DNA of 64,000 nt. Source: an uncultured cyanobacterium (GTDB lineage: Bacteria; Cyanobacteriota; Cyanobacteriia; Cyanobacteriales; Nostocaceae). Shown here in pieces: positions 10,062 to 19,663 of this stretch (position 1 is its first letter; the number at the start of each line of letters is the position of its first letter). The stretch is from positions 3,744,001 to 3,808,000 of the forward strand of contig CAVUDP010000002.1 of assembly GCA_963740315.1 (NCBI GenBank), given 5' to 3'. The notes beneath the pieces were generated by a model, which was not told the DNA's origin, ran no database searches, and saw nothing but the letters and a program-made list of their open reading frames with translations. Made by a program: the position numbers and the translations under genes.

Positions 10062-10179
10062 AAATCAAAATTTTACCTAAAAGCTATATTGAAGAACTAT
10101 TCTAGATAAGATTTGTATGACTTATTGATACACGGTTCCTAAACTCGAAAATTACGTTCTACCATCCTTACAGTGCTAA

Positions 10180-10767
10180 TTATGGTTTCACAGCCAGTAA
10201 TTGCACGACAGCACTATGTCCCTGATGAAACAGTCCTTCTTGAATTTCCCGCTCAACTTCTGTAGCGTGTTTAAACTCTAACCCATCAAGTTCTTCCTGG
10301 AGGGTTGTCAGTTCCATCATCAAATCGGCATTGGGTGGACCTCCTGTTTTGAATTCTAGTTGACGGGGTGTATAAGCCTCCAGCACAAATACACCACCGG
10401 AACGCAATCCAGAAACCACTTGTCGATGGATATTAGCACGCAGGTTCGGTGGTAAGTGACAGAAAATAGAAATAATCGCATCCCAGGAATTCGGTTGAAT
10501 TATAAAATCAGCCAAATCTGCTACGATGGTTTCTATCTCTACAGAACGCTCTGCTGCCAATTTCTGGGCTTTCTTTAAGCCAACAGGAGATGCATCAACA
10601 GCCGTCACTCGGCACCCTTGCTGTGCTAGATAAACAGCATTTCTGCCTTCCCCTTCGGCTAAACAAAGCACAAGGTCTTTGGGAATATGTTGAATAACTT
10701 CTACTAGAAATTCGTTGGGATTTTTGCCGAAGGCATATTCAGTTTGGCTATATCGCTCATTCCACAT
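10180..10767 (-). CDS. class I SAM-dependent methyltransferase
   Basis: MWNERY, VLCLAEGEGRNAVYLA. Confidence 0.85.
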   Translation of the reverse strand: MWNERYSQTEYAFGKNPNEFLVEVIQHIPKDLVLCLAEGEGRNAVYLAQQGCRVTAVDASPVGLKKAQKLAAERSVEIETIVADLADFIIQPNSWDAIISIFCHLPPNLRANIHRQVVSGLRSGGVFVLEAYTPRQLEFKTGGPPNADLMMELTTLQEELDGLEFKHATEVEREIQEGLFHQGHSAVVQLLAVKP

Positions 10768-10803
10768 AATTGATCAAACCTCTTGGTATGCAAGAAAATC
10801 ACA

Positions 10804-11325
10804 TTACTCATTATGAACAATTGTTTGCCATTCCAACAAAACTTCTGGAGGAATTTTTAAGTCTACAATTTGATTATCTTTCATCGCTAAAGAAAGATTA
10901 ATTGATGTTGATGTTGGTAACTTATTTAAGATATTTTTGATATCATATTGACCAACATTCGCAGATGGTGCTTGCTGTGCAAATATATCCTTTGCATTGA
11001 AATTTTTACCCGTTGTTGTGTTAATTTTTAAAGGTTTTGGATGGGCAAAATCAGCAGTACCAGGAAAAGCGACTAAACGTAAATTAATACTAAGAGAATC
11101 ATCTGCTTTCATCCGTTTAAACAACACCACCTGCCAAGCATTTCCCCGCTCATCTCTTAACTTATGTCTCGATTGATAAAGCATTTGACCTGGGGCTTCT
11201 TCAATGGTGCTGATTGTAGCTACAGCAGGTGGAGGATTAAAAATTCCTAATCCTAGCAAAATGAATAGAAGAGTGGCTCCCAATAACGATAACCACGAGA
11301 AAAATTGTCGAATTTTGCACCACAT
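10804..11325 (-). CDS. DUF3122-like exported protein
   Basis: Signal/TM segment; YQSRHKLRD..AWQVVLFKR, LRLVAFPG. Confidence 0.65.
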   Translation of the reverse strand: MWCKIRQFFSWLSLLGATLLFILLGLGIFNPPPAVATISTIEEAPGQMLYQSRHKLRDERGNAWQVVLFKRMKADDSLSINLRLVAFPGTADFAHPKPLKINTTTGKNFNAKDIFAQQAPSANVGQYDIKNILNKLPTSTSINLSLAMKDNQIVDLKIPPEVLLEWQTIVHNE

Positions 11326-11487
11326 TAGATGTTACCTTATTGTTTGATACTTTTATTGGCAATTAACATCAGTAATAAATTAATTTCCACCGAAAAATCT
11401 TGTCGTGGGATGCTGCGTCTCTTTAGAGCGCAGAGGAACACGCACGGCGAATTTATATGACCTTGCGGTCACGCTCCGCTAACGCCA

Positions 11488-12780
11488 TCAATAACCATAT
11501 GAGTACCCATCGACGGAGTGGAGTTTTTGACAATATTTTGAGCTAACATCAATACGCTTTTCATACTGTTTTGTTTTCAGCATAAAACTTCCTCTCGCTC
11601 TGACGGCTATTCGACCTACATAAGTACCTACATACTTTCCTTTTTCTACGACAGCCTTGACGATATCTCCCGTCCGGAAGCCCTTCACCGCGAGATTTTT
11701 ATCCTTTGCTTTGCCTTTCGGGAAGCCAAACTTGTCAACATTTTGATATTGCCTGTTTCCGTGACCCGTGCATTTGATCATGAGAGGTTGCGTCGCATAG
11801 AAAATCAAATTTTCTACGTCTCCGACGCAAGCAGCATCGATATGGTGGTCTTTCGGCAATTCCAGTCTGCAACGGTTGTACTTTGTTTGCGCCCCCGTAC
11901 CTGTCGTCGTCGGAAGTAAGTTCGACGAAACCTCTACTAATTTCTTGCGAGTAGAATTGACTGCCGCCGCGTCTTTGAGAGGTTGTTTTGCAGCGGCTTT
12001 GATTTTTTTCAAAACTTCTGGCTTTTTCTTCAAAAACTCTTCTACTGGCTTGCTGCCTTTTTTCTGATTGCAACATTCGCAAGCTAAAGTCAAGTTGCTA
12101 ACCCTGTCGCTCCCTCCGCGAGCTTTTGGAACAATATGCTCTACTTGCAGCGGTACATTTTTCTTCCCGCAATAAGCACATTCTCGCCCCCACTTTTCTA
12201 AGAGATACTCTCGAACATTGTATCCCTGAAGCTCACCCTGCTGGTACTGCACGCCGCTAATCTCAGAGTTTTGCATCAACTGCAAATCAAACTTGACTTG
12301 CTCGATCCATATTTCTACTACCGGACAAAACCGCATCAAGCGCTTGACCCAAGTTTCGGTTGTTTGTACTCGGTGCATAAGAGATGGAGGCAACCAGCCT
12401 TCTTTTCTACGACGGTTGTTGTATCTAGCCGCTCTATAGGGTGTTTTGCGACTTCTACGACTTCTACGACTCTGCGAGCGAGACTCTATAGAATCTTTTA
12501 TAACTTGTCCTCTATGTTCTATTTGAGCAACCCATATAACTACATCGCCTGATAACAAAGCCAATCCGGTGAACTTGCTGCCGGGATCGATTTTCAAAGT
12601 AAGCGGAAATATTTGTGGGTCTTCTATTTCCCGTTTGAGTATCAAGGTAAAAGGGTAGCGCCGCAACACCGCAGCTTTTCCTTTTTCCAATAGCTTTCGG
12701 GCTTGTCGTGGAGTGATCGGGTTGAGCGCTTTTCTATTCGTATCTAGTAAAAATACTTGCGAAGGTTTGTTGGGTTGCAT
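11488..12780 (-). CDS. iscB: RNA-guided endonuclease IscB
   Basis: PLMP-like N-terminus, RuvC-I IDPGSK, Arg-rich bridge helix RRSRRSR, RuvC-II IEQVKFD, HNH CAYC..EHIVP..N..CECCN, RuvC-III HHIDAACVG. Confidence 0.95.
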   Translation of the reverse strand: MQPNKPSQVFLLDTNRKALNPITPRQARKLLEKGKAAVLRRYPFTLILKREIEDPQIFPLTLKIDPGSKFTGLALLSGDVVIWVAQIEHRGQVIKDSIESRSQSRRSRRSRKTPYRAARYNNRRRKEGWLPPSLMHRVQTTETWVKRLMRFCPVVEIWIEQVKFDLQLMQNSEISGVQYQQGELQGYNVREYLLEKWGRECAYCGKKNVPLQVEHIVPKARGGSDRVSNLTLACECCNQKKGSKPVEEFLKKKPEVLKKIKAAAKQPLKDAAAVNSTRKKLVEVSSNLLPTTTGTGAQTKYNRCRLELPKDHHIDAACVGDVENLIFYATQPLMIKCTGHGNRQYQNVDKFGFPKGKAKDKNLAVKGFRTGDIVKAVVEKGKYVGTYVGRIAVRARGSFMLKTKQYEKRIDVSSKYCQKLHSVDGYSYGY

Positions 12781-13025
12781 AACTAAATGCCTCTAAAAGT
12801 AATGTTTGCTTCATCAAAGTTCAGTTGGTCGCGCATCTTCAAAACACCGGCTTAACCCCTTAAGCCTTTTAATCAAGAAGTCTCAGATCAGGGGGCTAGC
12901 GAACCCGCAGGGTGAGTACTTGAGCGATCCATCCGAACGTAGTAACAGCTAATGGAACTGTTTCCTAAGACTGGTCAACGGAAGAGCTTTCAACTAAAAG
13001 CTGGAAGCTCCCGGGGGTCGTTGAC
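12781..13025 (-). ncRNA. IscB omegaRNA scaffold (HEARO-like)
   Basis: ~245 nt upstream of iscB; GTCAAC...GTTGACCAG stem, CTACGTT and several hairpins. Confidence 0.75.
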
Positions 13026-13620
13026 TATTCTCTAAAGCTTGTTTCAATCCATCAGGAATAAAAACTGCATACATTCCCCGTAAATCTCCGACATTAAAAT
13101 CAAAAGCAAGGTCTTGAGGATATTTATCTTGGACAAACTGAGGACGAGCATTTTTTCTACCATGACAAGCAAGACAACTTGCCTCAACATTGATACGGCG
13201 ATAATAGCGAATACCATCTTGTCCGTTGAATTTTTCTTGTTCCCAAAAGCCAATTAATTCGGGATTTTGCTCAAACTTAGCTAGTGCCATTTGGGAATGC
13301 AAATTATCGGGAGCATGAGCCGGATTGCGGTATTTTTTGGCAATTTGTTTGACTTGCCAGCCATTTTCTTGACTCAGTTGTTTCGCTCTCATCCCCACTG
13401 GTTTACAAACTTCTTTAAAAGTCTGTATTGTCGGTTCTTGTTTTTGAGTTTCTAAAGTAGAAGCCAAACCAGAACGCATCTCATCTAAAAATTCAATTTC
13501 TTGCACTGAAGCAGCTAATTGTGCCGGTTCAATTTCAGCCTTGGCAATAGATGGCTTGTAAATTAAAAATACTGCAAAAATTAACACTACAATGATAGCT
13601 CTAGGCAATATTTTAAACAT
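12994..13620 (-). CDS. Tll0287-like c-type haem protein (DUF3365)
   Basis: Signal peptide, VCKPV distal Cys, KYRNP, CLACH haem motif, GDLRG; directly after sqr. Confidence 0.85.
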   Translation of the reverse strand: MFKILPRAIIVVLIFAVFLIYKPSIAKAEIEPAQLAASVQEIEFLDEMRSGLASTLETQKQEPTIQTFKEVCKPVGMRAKQLSQENGWQVKQIAKKYRNPAHAPDNLHSQMALAKFEQNPELIGFWEQEKFNGQDGIRYYRRINVEASCLACHGRKNARPQFVQDKYPQDLAFDFNVGDLRGMYAVFIPDGLKQALENSQRPPGASSF

Positions 13621-13664
13621 GGTTCTCTTCCCCGAAAATTATAAAAATGATGCGAAGAAATTAT

Positions 13665-14987
13665 TTAATTCTTATCAGTCATTGTCGCTAACTGTGAATT
13701 AACTTGAACTACTTCTAACTCTGCTATCGGTTCCACCAAAGATAAACCCAAAATCCTTAAACCCCAACGCTCAAACCAAGGTACAGCTATCCCCAACCGC
13801 ATTTTAGTTAAGAAAAATTTCTCAAACGCTATCTTAATCCAACTTACCCAACGTCCCCGTTTAGCTACAGAAATACGCCGTTTTCCTGTTACAGAATCAG
13901 GTAATACAGGAGCAGAAACAAAAATAATACCCGTATCGCCAAAATCTGCCATACAAATTGCTTCCAATGTGGGTGTTACTGGTGCTGTTTTTATTACTCC
14001 CAATTCCCTAGCAATATTATGAGCCACAGCCATTCCCATCACTTCTGCCATTTGCCCAGTTTTCGGTACACCAATAGGTATGGGTGTCTTTTCCGGTGGA
14101 GTTAACTGCACCACCACACCCAAGCTGTAAATTGAAGGAAAATCTGGATGTTGATATGTGGGTAAAATCGGCACAAACCCTTTCTCATCAGTCAATCCTG
14201 TTGTTGACTGCAAAAATGTCGCACCCCGAAAAGATGGCAGTACCATTGAGTATTTAAAGGGTAAATTACGACCATCTACCAAGGTAATATTTTGGGGATG
14301 AATCTCAGTTATTTCCGCGCCTTCAATCAATTCAATATTTCGCTGCTGTAGCATTTGAGCCACCAATTCCCCTGAGTTTGCCATCCCCCCAATGCCTAAA
14401 TGACCAGCATAGGGTTCTGGTGTAACTACAGTAATCGGTACTTTATGACGCAAACCCCGTCTTCGCAGCACATAATCTGCCAGCAAAGCAAACTCATACA
14501 GAGGACCAAAACAACTTGCTTTCGGTACTGCTCCCACCACTATAGGTCCCGGATTATCTAGGAACTTTCGCCATGCTTCCCGTGCCAATACAGCATGATG
14601 GGGATTACATACAGATTGGGTATAACCTTTCTCTGGTCCCAAACCCGTTACTGCATCCAGCGCTAAAGATGCTCCCGTGGCAATAACAACGTAATCGTAA
14701 TTAAGGGTTTTTCCTGCAACATCAAGGATTTGTGCATCAGGATCGAGGGCTGTCACTTTTCCTTCTATCCAATCGATACCTCGTCCTAAAAGCAGATTTT
14801 TAATATCTAGTTGAATATTTTCTAGGGGGGTTAAATCAAAGGCTACCCAAGGTAGGGAAGGAATAAAGGTAAATTTGGAGCTATCAGAAATCAGCGTGAT
14901 GCGATGGGATTTCGGCAACAAACGCCTCAGTTCGTAAGCTGTTGGTAAACCCCCTATTCCTGCACCCACTATGACAACGTGAACCAT
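13665..14987 (-). CDS. sqr: sulfide:quinone oxidoreductase (type I-like)
   Basis: VIVGAGIGG, SVCNP, SCFGPLYE, PKTGQM, AICMADFGD; ATG 14987 with GGAG RBS. Confidence 0.9.
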   Translation of the reverse strand: MVHVVIVGAGIGGLPTAYELRRLLPKSHRITLISDSSKFTFIPSLPWVAFDLTPLENIQLDIKNLLLGRGIDWIEGKVTALDPDAQILDVAGKTLNYDYVVIATGASLALDAVTGLGPEKGYTQSVCNPHHAVLAREAWRKFLDNPGPIVVGAVPKASCFGPLYEFALLADYVLRRRGLRHKVPITVVTPEPYAGHLGIGGMANSGELVAQMLQQRNIELIEGAEITEIHPQNITLVDGRNLPFKYSMVLPSFRGATFLQSTTGLTDEKGFVPILPTYQHPDFPSIYSLGVVVQLTPPEKTPIPIGVPKTGQMAEVMGMAVAHNIARELGVIKTAPVTPTLEAICMADFGDTGIIFVSAPVLPDSVTGKRRISVAKRGRWVSWIKIAFEKFFLTKMRLGIAVPWFERWGLRILGLSLVEPIAELEVVQVNSQLATMTDKN

Positions 14988-15090
14988 GCTGATTACTCCG
15001 ATTACTAAAAATGGGCGCAGGAACAAGGAAAATTGCCACCATCAAACTGTGTTCTATACCCACGCCCTTTTTAAGACTTTCTCTTATACC

Positions 15091-15110
15091 ATCTAACCAG
15101 ATAGTAATAT
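15091..15110. promoter_or_regulatory. ArsR-type operator, degenerate copy (ATCTAACCA-GA-TAGTAATAT)
   Basis: Matches consensus ATATTACYA-N2-TRGTAATAT; upstream of sqr. Confidence 0.6.
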
Positions 15111-15169
15111 AATTATATCTTTAATGCAATACAAGTTAACTTTAATTTATTTTTCTAGAACGATTGACT

Positions 15170-15189
15170 ATATTACTAGTTAGTAATAT
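15170..15189. promoter_or_regulatory. ArsR-type operator ATATTACTA-GT-TAGTAATAT
   Basis: Perfect 9-2-9 palindrome between TTGACT (-35) and TATGAT (-10) of petC. Confidence 0.75.
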
Positions 15190-15273
15190 GATAAAGATAT
15201 CAAAAATGTTAACTGAATCAAAACATTCAATAAGGCACTTAACACCTATATCAATATTTGGAGGCGTAAATTC

Positions 15274-15807
15274 ATGTCAGAAAGTCTTCCTTTAGAAAGT
15301 CCGTCAATGTCAAGACGACAATTGCTCAACTTCCTCACAGGTGCAGTTGTCGTCACTACAGCTAGTACGCTGTTGTATCCCGTGGCTAAATTCTTTGTTC
15401 CCCCCACAGAAGCGGGTGAAGGTGGTTCTATCCTTGCTAAGGATATTAACGGAAATCTGATTCCGGCTAGCCAGATTTTGGCTGAACCCCCTGGAACTCG
15501 TGCCTTAGTTGCGGGTTTAGCAGCAGAACCAACTTACCTGACAGTACAGTCAGATGAGACTTTGCATCCTTGGGGAATTACTGATAATTGCACTCATTTG
15601 GGTTGTACTTTTCCTTGGAATCCGAACGACAATCAATTTCAATGTCCCTGTCATGGTTCTCGCTATGATGCTGATGGGAGAGTTGTACGCGGTCCTGCAC
15701 CTCTTCCCTTGAAATTGGTTGGCGTGAAGGTAGAAGGGGGATATATCCGTATTTCTCCTTGGACGGAAATTGACCCCCGGACTGGGGAAAAACCCTGGTG
15801 GGTTTAG
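15274..15807 (+). CDS. petC: cytochrome b6f Rieske Fe-S protein, alternative (PetC2-like) isoform
   Basis: SRRQLL Tat motif, CTHLGC and CPCHGS, GPAPLPL, PWW end. Confidence 0.9.
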   Translation: MSESLPLESPSMSRRQLLNFLTGAVVVTTASTLLYPVAKFFVPPTEAGEGGSILAKDINGNLIPASQILAEPPGTRALVAGLAAEPTYLTVQSDETLHPWGITDNCTHLGCTFPWNPNDNQFQCPCHGSRYDADGRVVRGPAPLPLKLVGVKVEGGYIRISPWTEIDPRTGEKPWWV

Positions 15808-15965
15808 TAGTAACTAGTACAGTGCGGCGGAATAGGGAATTCTCAATGCTGCTACGTGCAAGCAAGCTAAATAATTACAGATTGCCTTTTCGCAAGGGTT
15901 TATGATGTTTTAACCCAAGTCATATGACTTTGAAATTGAACAGTAATAAATATAAAGGAGAAAAA

Positions 15966-16415
15966 ATGGAAAATATGATTAAGATTAACGAAGAATTAGG
16001 AGTAAAAGGTCAGTTAACCCCAGAGGAGTTACATCTATGGGCTAATACGGGATTTAAATCGGTGTTAAATCTGCGTTCTGCTGATGAAGAAGGTTTCCTT
16101 GCAGATGAACAACAGCACGCTGAAGTCGCAGGACTGCAATATGTTCATACTCCTGTACATCCCACGAAAATCAATCATCAACTGACTAACCAATTAATGC
16201 AGCACATAGACGGGCTGGCAAAACCAACTTTAATTCATTGTAAAAGCGGGATGCGGGCTGGTTTAATTGGGTTGATTTATGTTGCTAGGCGTGAAGGCAT
16301 GACAGCAGCACATGCTTTAGAAACTGGTAAACAACTGGGATTGAATTTTGATGCTCATCCCCAGTTGAAGCAGTTTATCGAAAGCTATATAAGCAATTAT
16401 CAGCAAGCTAGTTGA
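15966..16415 (+). CDS. DUF442/Blh-type phosphatase-fold sulfurtransferase
   Basis: GFKSVLNLR, IHCKSGMRA. Confidence 0.75.
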   Translation: MENMIKINEELGVKGQLTPEELHLWANTGFKSVLNLRSADEEGFLADEQQHAEVAGLQYVHTPVHPTKINHQLTNQLMQHIDGLAKPTLIHCKSGMRAGLIGLIYVARREGMTAAHALETGKQLGLNFDAHPQLKQFIESYISNYQQAS

Positions 16416-16459
16416 TTGTTAATGCTTCTATTTGTATAACTCTACATTAAGAAAGCTAA

Positions 16460-16870
16460 TTGAAAATTTTGCAGAATGAATCAAAAACAACTGATATGGC
16501 ATCTACATCTTCTATTCAACCATTTGTGATTAATATTTCTCCTTCTGAGTTTGCCAACTTACCCGAACCTCTTTTACTGATAGATGTACGTAGCAAATTT
16601 GAGTATGGGATATTTCATGCACCGGCAGCGAGAAACCTGAGTTTACCTCGTCTAATCATGGGAATGATACCGGGTTTACAACGATGGATGTATCCCCAAT
16701 GGTTTCAAGATTTATCCAAAGATGAATCTGTGGCTGTAATTTGTTTAACATCACACCGCAGCCCCATCGCAGCTGAGTATTTGCTCAAAGCTGGTTTTAC
16801 TAGAGTCTTCAATATTAGCGGTGGGATGATGGAGTGGCGACAATTACTTCCTACTTGCAAGGGAAAATAA
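16460..16870 (+). CDS. rhodanese-like protein
   Basis: IDVRSKFEY, VICLTSHRS, GGMMEW; start probably 16496. Confidence 0.85.
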   Translation: MKILQNESKTTDMASTSSIQPFVINISPSEFANLPEPLLLIDVRSKFEYGIFHAPAARNLSLPRLIMGMIPGLQRWMYPQWFQDLSKDESVAVICLTSHRSPIAAEYLLKAGFTRVFNISGGMMEWRQLLPTCKGK

Positions 16871-16886
16871 GCTCACAACTTCCTCA
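16871..16886 (+). promoter_or_regulatory. CCTCA box variant (GCTCACAACTTCCTCA) lacking the spaced -10
   Basis: Identical to 54550-54565 but only 14 bp before the ATG. Confidence 0.55.
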
Positions 16887-16900
16887 AATTATTTAAACCC

Positions 16901-17464
16901 ATGTGGAAAATATTATTCTCCCTGAAACAAAATTTAGTTTGGTCTGTTCCTGCCTTTATGATTGCAGGGATTATCTTTGGTGCTTTGACCGATGCTAGTT
17001 TTCTCAATGACCTAAGCAATTTATCTTCTCAGGTAGTGGCAACTACCAACACCAGTTTAGATGCCAAAACCCAACAGGCAATGATTGAGGCGATTAATGA
17101 TGAGTATCATGCCCGTGCCTTTTACAATGCAGTAATAGATAAATTTGGCGAGATCCGTCCTTTCAGTAATATTGTTCATGCTGAAACTCGGCACGCAGAG
17201 CGATTGAGTCAGTTATTCAAGCGGTATGGCTTGACAGTTCCAGAGGATTCTTTTGCGGGAAAGGTGGAAGCTCCTGAAACCTTGGAAATCGCCTGTCAAA
17301 TGGGTGTAGCAGCAGAAATTGCTAACGTAAAAATGTACGATCGCTTCCTTGATTTTATCCAAGAGAGTGACTTAAGAGACACCTTTACCCAACTGCGTTA
17401 TGTTTCCCAAAACAAGCACAAAGTAGCGTTTGAAAGATGTCTCAATTCAAGATCCAAAATATAG
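16901..17464 (+). CDS. ferritin-like (DUF2202-like) protein with a foreign-looking membrane N-terminus
   Basis: DEYHARAFY, AETRH, AEIANVKMY, HKVAFERC. Confidence 0.7.
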   Translation: MWKILFSLKQNLVWSVPAFMIAGIIFGALTDASFLNDLSNLSSQVVATTNTSLDAKTQQAMIEAINDEYHARAFYNAVIDKFGEIRPFSNIVHAETRHAERLSQLFKRYGLTVPEDSFAGKVEAPETLEIACQMGVAAEIANVKMYDRFLDFIQESDLRDTFTQLRYVSQNKHKVAFERCLNSRSKI

Positions 17465-17467
17465 ATT

Positions 17468-18163
17468 ATGAACCTATCAACTATTCAAAAACGCCTGTTT
17501 GCTTGGGGCATGGGTCAAGCTAATGATGCCGATGCAGATAGAATTAAACTAATTGATTGCCCTGAGTATCAGAGTTTAGGAGAACTAAAACGGGCATTAT
17601 TAGGCAATTTACAGCATCAAGTTTTAGAAATTGGTCCTGGTGCGGGAGCAAGTCTTGCTTATTATCCCAAAGATATTCATTGGATTGGTATCGAACCCAA
17701 TCCCTATATGCACCCATATCTAGAACGAGAAGCACAACAACAAGGACTAACTAACATCGAACTACAATCGGGTTCTGCGGAAAAATTACCCGTAGAGGAT
17801 GAAAGTATCGATACCGTGGTTAGCACCCACGTTCTCTGTTCCGTTACAGATTTAGAAACTAGTTTTCAAGAAATTAAACGTGTTCTCAAACCTGGAGGTA
17901 GTTTTGTCTTTATCGAACACGTTGCCGATTCATCTGATACTTGGACGCGGAAAGTTCAAGATGGGATTAATCCTATTTGGAAAAATTTGTTTGATAACTG
18001 TCATCTCAACCGCGAAACCTGGACGATTCTCGAACAAATTGGGTTAGAAACTGTTGATTACTATCAGTTCAAGCTGACTATTCCCCTGGTGAGTCCTCAT
18101 ATTGCGGGGATAGTTAGAAAGAAACCTTTAGAAATGCTGCAACCAGACACTATAAACACTTAA
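17468..18163 (+). CDS. class I SAM-dependent methyltransferase
   Basis: VLEIGPGAG, VLCSV, RVLKPGG, FIEHV, CHLNR. Confidence 0.88.
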   Translation: MNLSTIQKRLFAWGMGQANDADADRIKLIDCPEYQSLGELKRALLGNLQHQVLEIGPGAGASLAYYPKDIHWIGIEPNPYMHPYLEREAQQQGLTNIELQSGSAEKLPVEDESIDTVVSTHVLCSVTDLETSFQEIKRVLKPGGSFVFIEHVADSSDTWTRKVQDGINPIWKNLFDNCHLNRETWTILEQIGLETVDYYQFKLTIPLVSPHIAGIVRKKPLEMLQPDTINT

Positions 18164-18198
18164 TTAACACTCAAATTATTTAGATTCGGAGACAGAAA

Positions 18199-18567
18199 AT
18201 GGAAACTACAATAAAAGATGGAGTCTTTATTCACATTAGTCGAGGTACAGAAGACCCCCACCGCGTCTTAATGGGATTAACCTTAGCTGAAAAAATGTCT
18301 GAGGATAAAGATGTCCTAGTTTTCTTTGATATTCAAGGGGTAGAAGTTCCTCTCAAAAATGGCAAAACAATTGAATTTAGGGAATTTGAATCAACAGCAA
18401 TCCTATTACCGAAACTGATTCAAAAGGGAGTTTTAATATGCGTCTGTCCCATGTGTTTAAAAGCTACCAATCACCAACCAGAAGATTTAATAGAGGGAGT
18501 ACAAATAGCTGAAAAAGAAGCAATGTTTAATTTTACTCAAGGACGTATTTTGTCTTTGGACTATTAG
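18199..18567 (+). CDS. DsrE-family sulfur relay protein
   Basis: VLVFFDIQGV, CVCPMC. Confidence 0.75.
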   Translation: METTIKDGVFIHISRGTEDPHRVLMGLTLAEKMSEDKDVLVFFDIQGVEVPLKNGKTIEFREFESTAILLPKLIQKGVLICVCPMCLKATNHQPEDLIEGVQIAEKEAMFNFTQGRILSLDY

Positions 18568-18608
18568 TATAATGACCTGTTTTTTTCACTTTCAAGGAAT
18601 AAGAAACA

Positions 18609-19607
18609 ATGGAACTTTCTAAAAAAAATCTTAACCAACGTCTTAACCAAATCTACGATGTGATTATTGTCGGTGGTGGTGCTGGGGGATTATCTGCTGG
18701 TATTTACTTACAAAGATTTAATCTTTCCAGTTTAATTATTGACAAAGGAAAAGCACGTTCTTTCTGGATGCAAGAATTACACAATTATCTTGGTTTACCT
18801 CCAGATACCCCTGGACGGGTGTTGTTACAGAAAGGCAAAGAACATTATGCTTCCCTTGATGGCGATTTTCTCAATGCCTATGTTGAGCAAGTTGTTGAAG
18901 AGGGAGAAACTTTTGCACTCAAGGTTAAAGTAGGGCGTGTAAATGGCGTTGAGGCTGTATTTCGTTCTAAGTATTTGATTGCTGCTAGCGGTATTATTGA
19001 CCATCTACTGTCATTAGATGAAATGCGGAATGTTTACGATTATGCTGGGTATAATTTGCACGTCTGTATGGTCTGTGATGGCTATGAAATGACAGATAAA
19101 AAATGTGGTTTCTTTACGGGTAGTGAAGCCAGTATTGAAGAGATGGTATTTAATTTGAGCTGGTTTACACCTTACATTACCGTGTTTACTCATGGCACTT
19201 TTGCAGTCAGTCCCGAAATGCGTCAACAACTGCAAGAACATGGTTATCCCTTAGTAGAGACACCAATTAAGCAATTCTTGGGAGAAAAGCACCAAATGAC
19301 TGGGGTGGAACTGGTAGATGGTTCGGTAATTGAATTAGAAACTGGGCTGATTTCTATGGGTTCTCGTTATCACAATACCTATTTGCAAGGGATAAATTTG
19401 GAACTCAAAGGAGGTAATTTGGTTACAGATAATATGTGTCGGACTTCCCACCCGCGAGTTTTTGCCATTGGTGATTTAAAGGTTGGATTGAACCAGGTAG
19501 TAATTGCTGCGGGAGATGGGGCTTTAGCTGCTACCCAAATTTGGCGAGATATTCGTTGTGCTAGTGGTGCGCGTCGTTGGGAGGATAATTTAAAGGTGCA
19601 TGTGTAG
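18609..19607 (+). CDS. thioredoxin reductase-like FAD/NAD(P) oxidoreductase
   Basis: IIVGGGAGG, CMVCDG, VFAIGD, AAGDGALAA. Confidence 0.85.
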   Translation: MELSKKNLNQRLNQIYDVIIVGGGAGGLSAGIYLQRFNLSSLIIDKGKARSFWMQELHNYLGLPPDTPGRVLLQKGKEHYASLDGDFLNAYVEQVVEEGETFALKVKVGRVNGVEAVFRSKYLIAASGIIDHLLSLDEMRNVYDYAGYNLHVCMVCDGYEMTDKKCGFFTGSEASIEEMVFNLSWFTPYITVFTHGTFAVSPEMRQQLQEHGYPLVETPIKQFLGEKHQMTGVELVDGSVIELETGLISMGSRYHNTYLQGINLELKGGNLVTDNMCRTSHPRVFAIGDLKVGLNQVVIAAGDGALAATQIWRDIRCASGARRWEDNLKVHV

Positions 19608-19663
19608 TCAACGGGGGAGGAATTCCCCTACAAATTCTTCTCAATCTGCTAGGCAGGAAATAG

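Larger units (their letters stand above)
11391..13025 (-). mobile_element. non-autonomous IS200/IS605-superfamily IscB element
   Basis: Begins GTCAACGACCCCC on the minus strand; subterminal hairpin CTGCGCTCTAAAGAGACGCAG at the other end; no tnpA; boundaries inferred. Confidence 0.75.
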
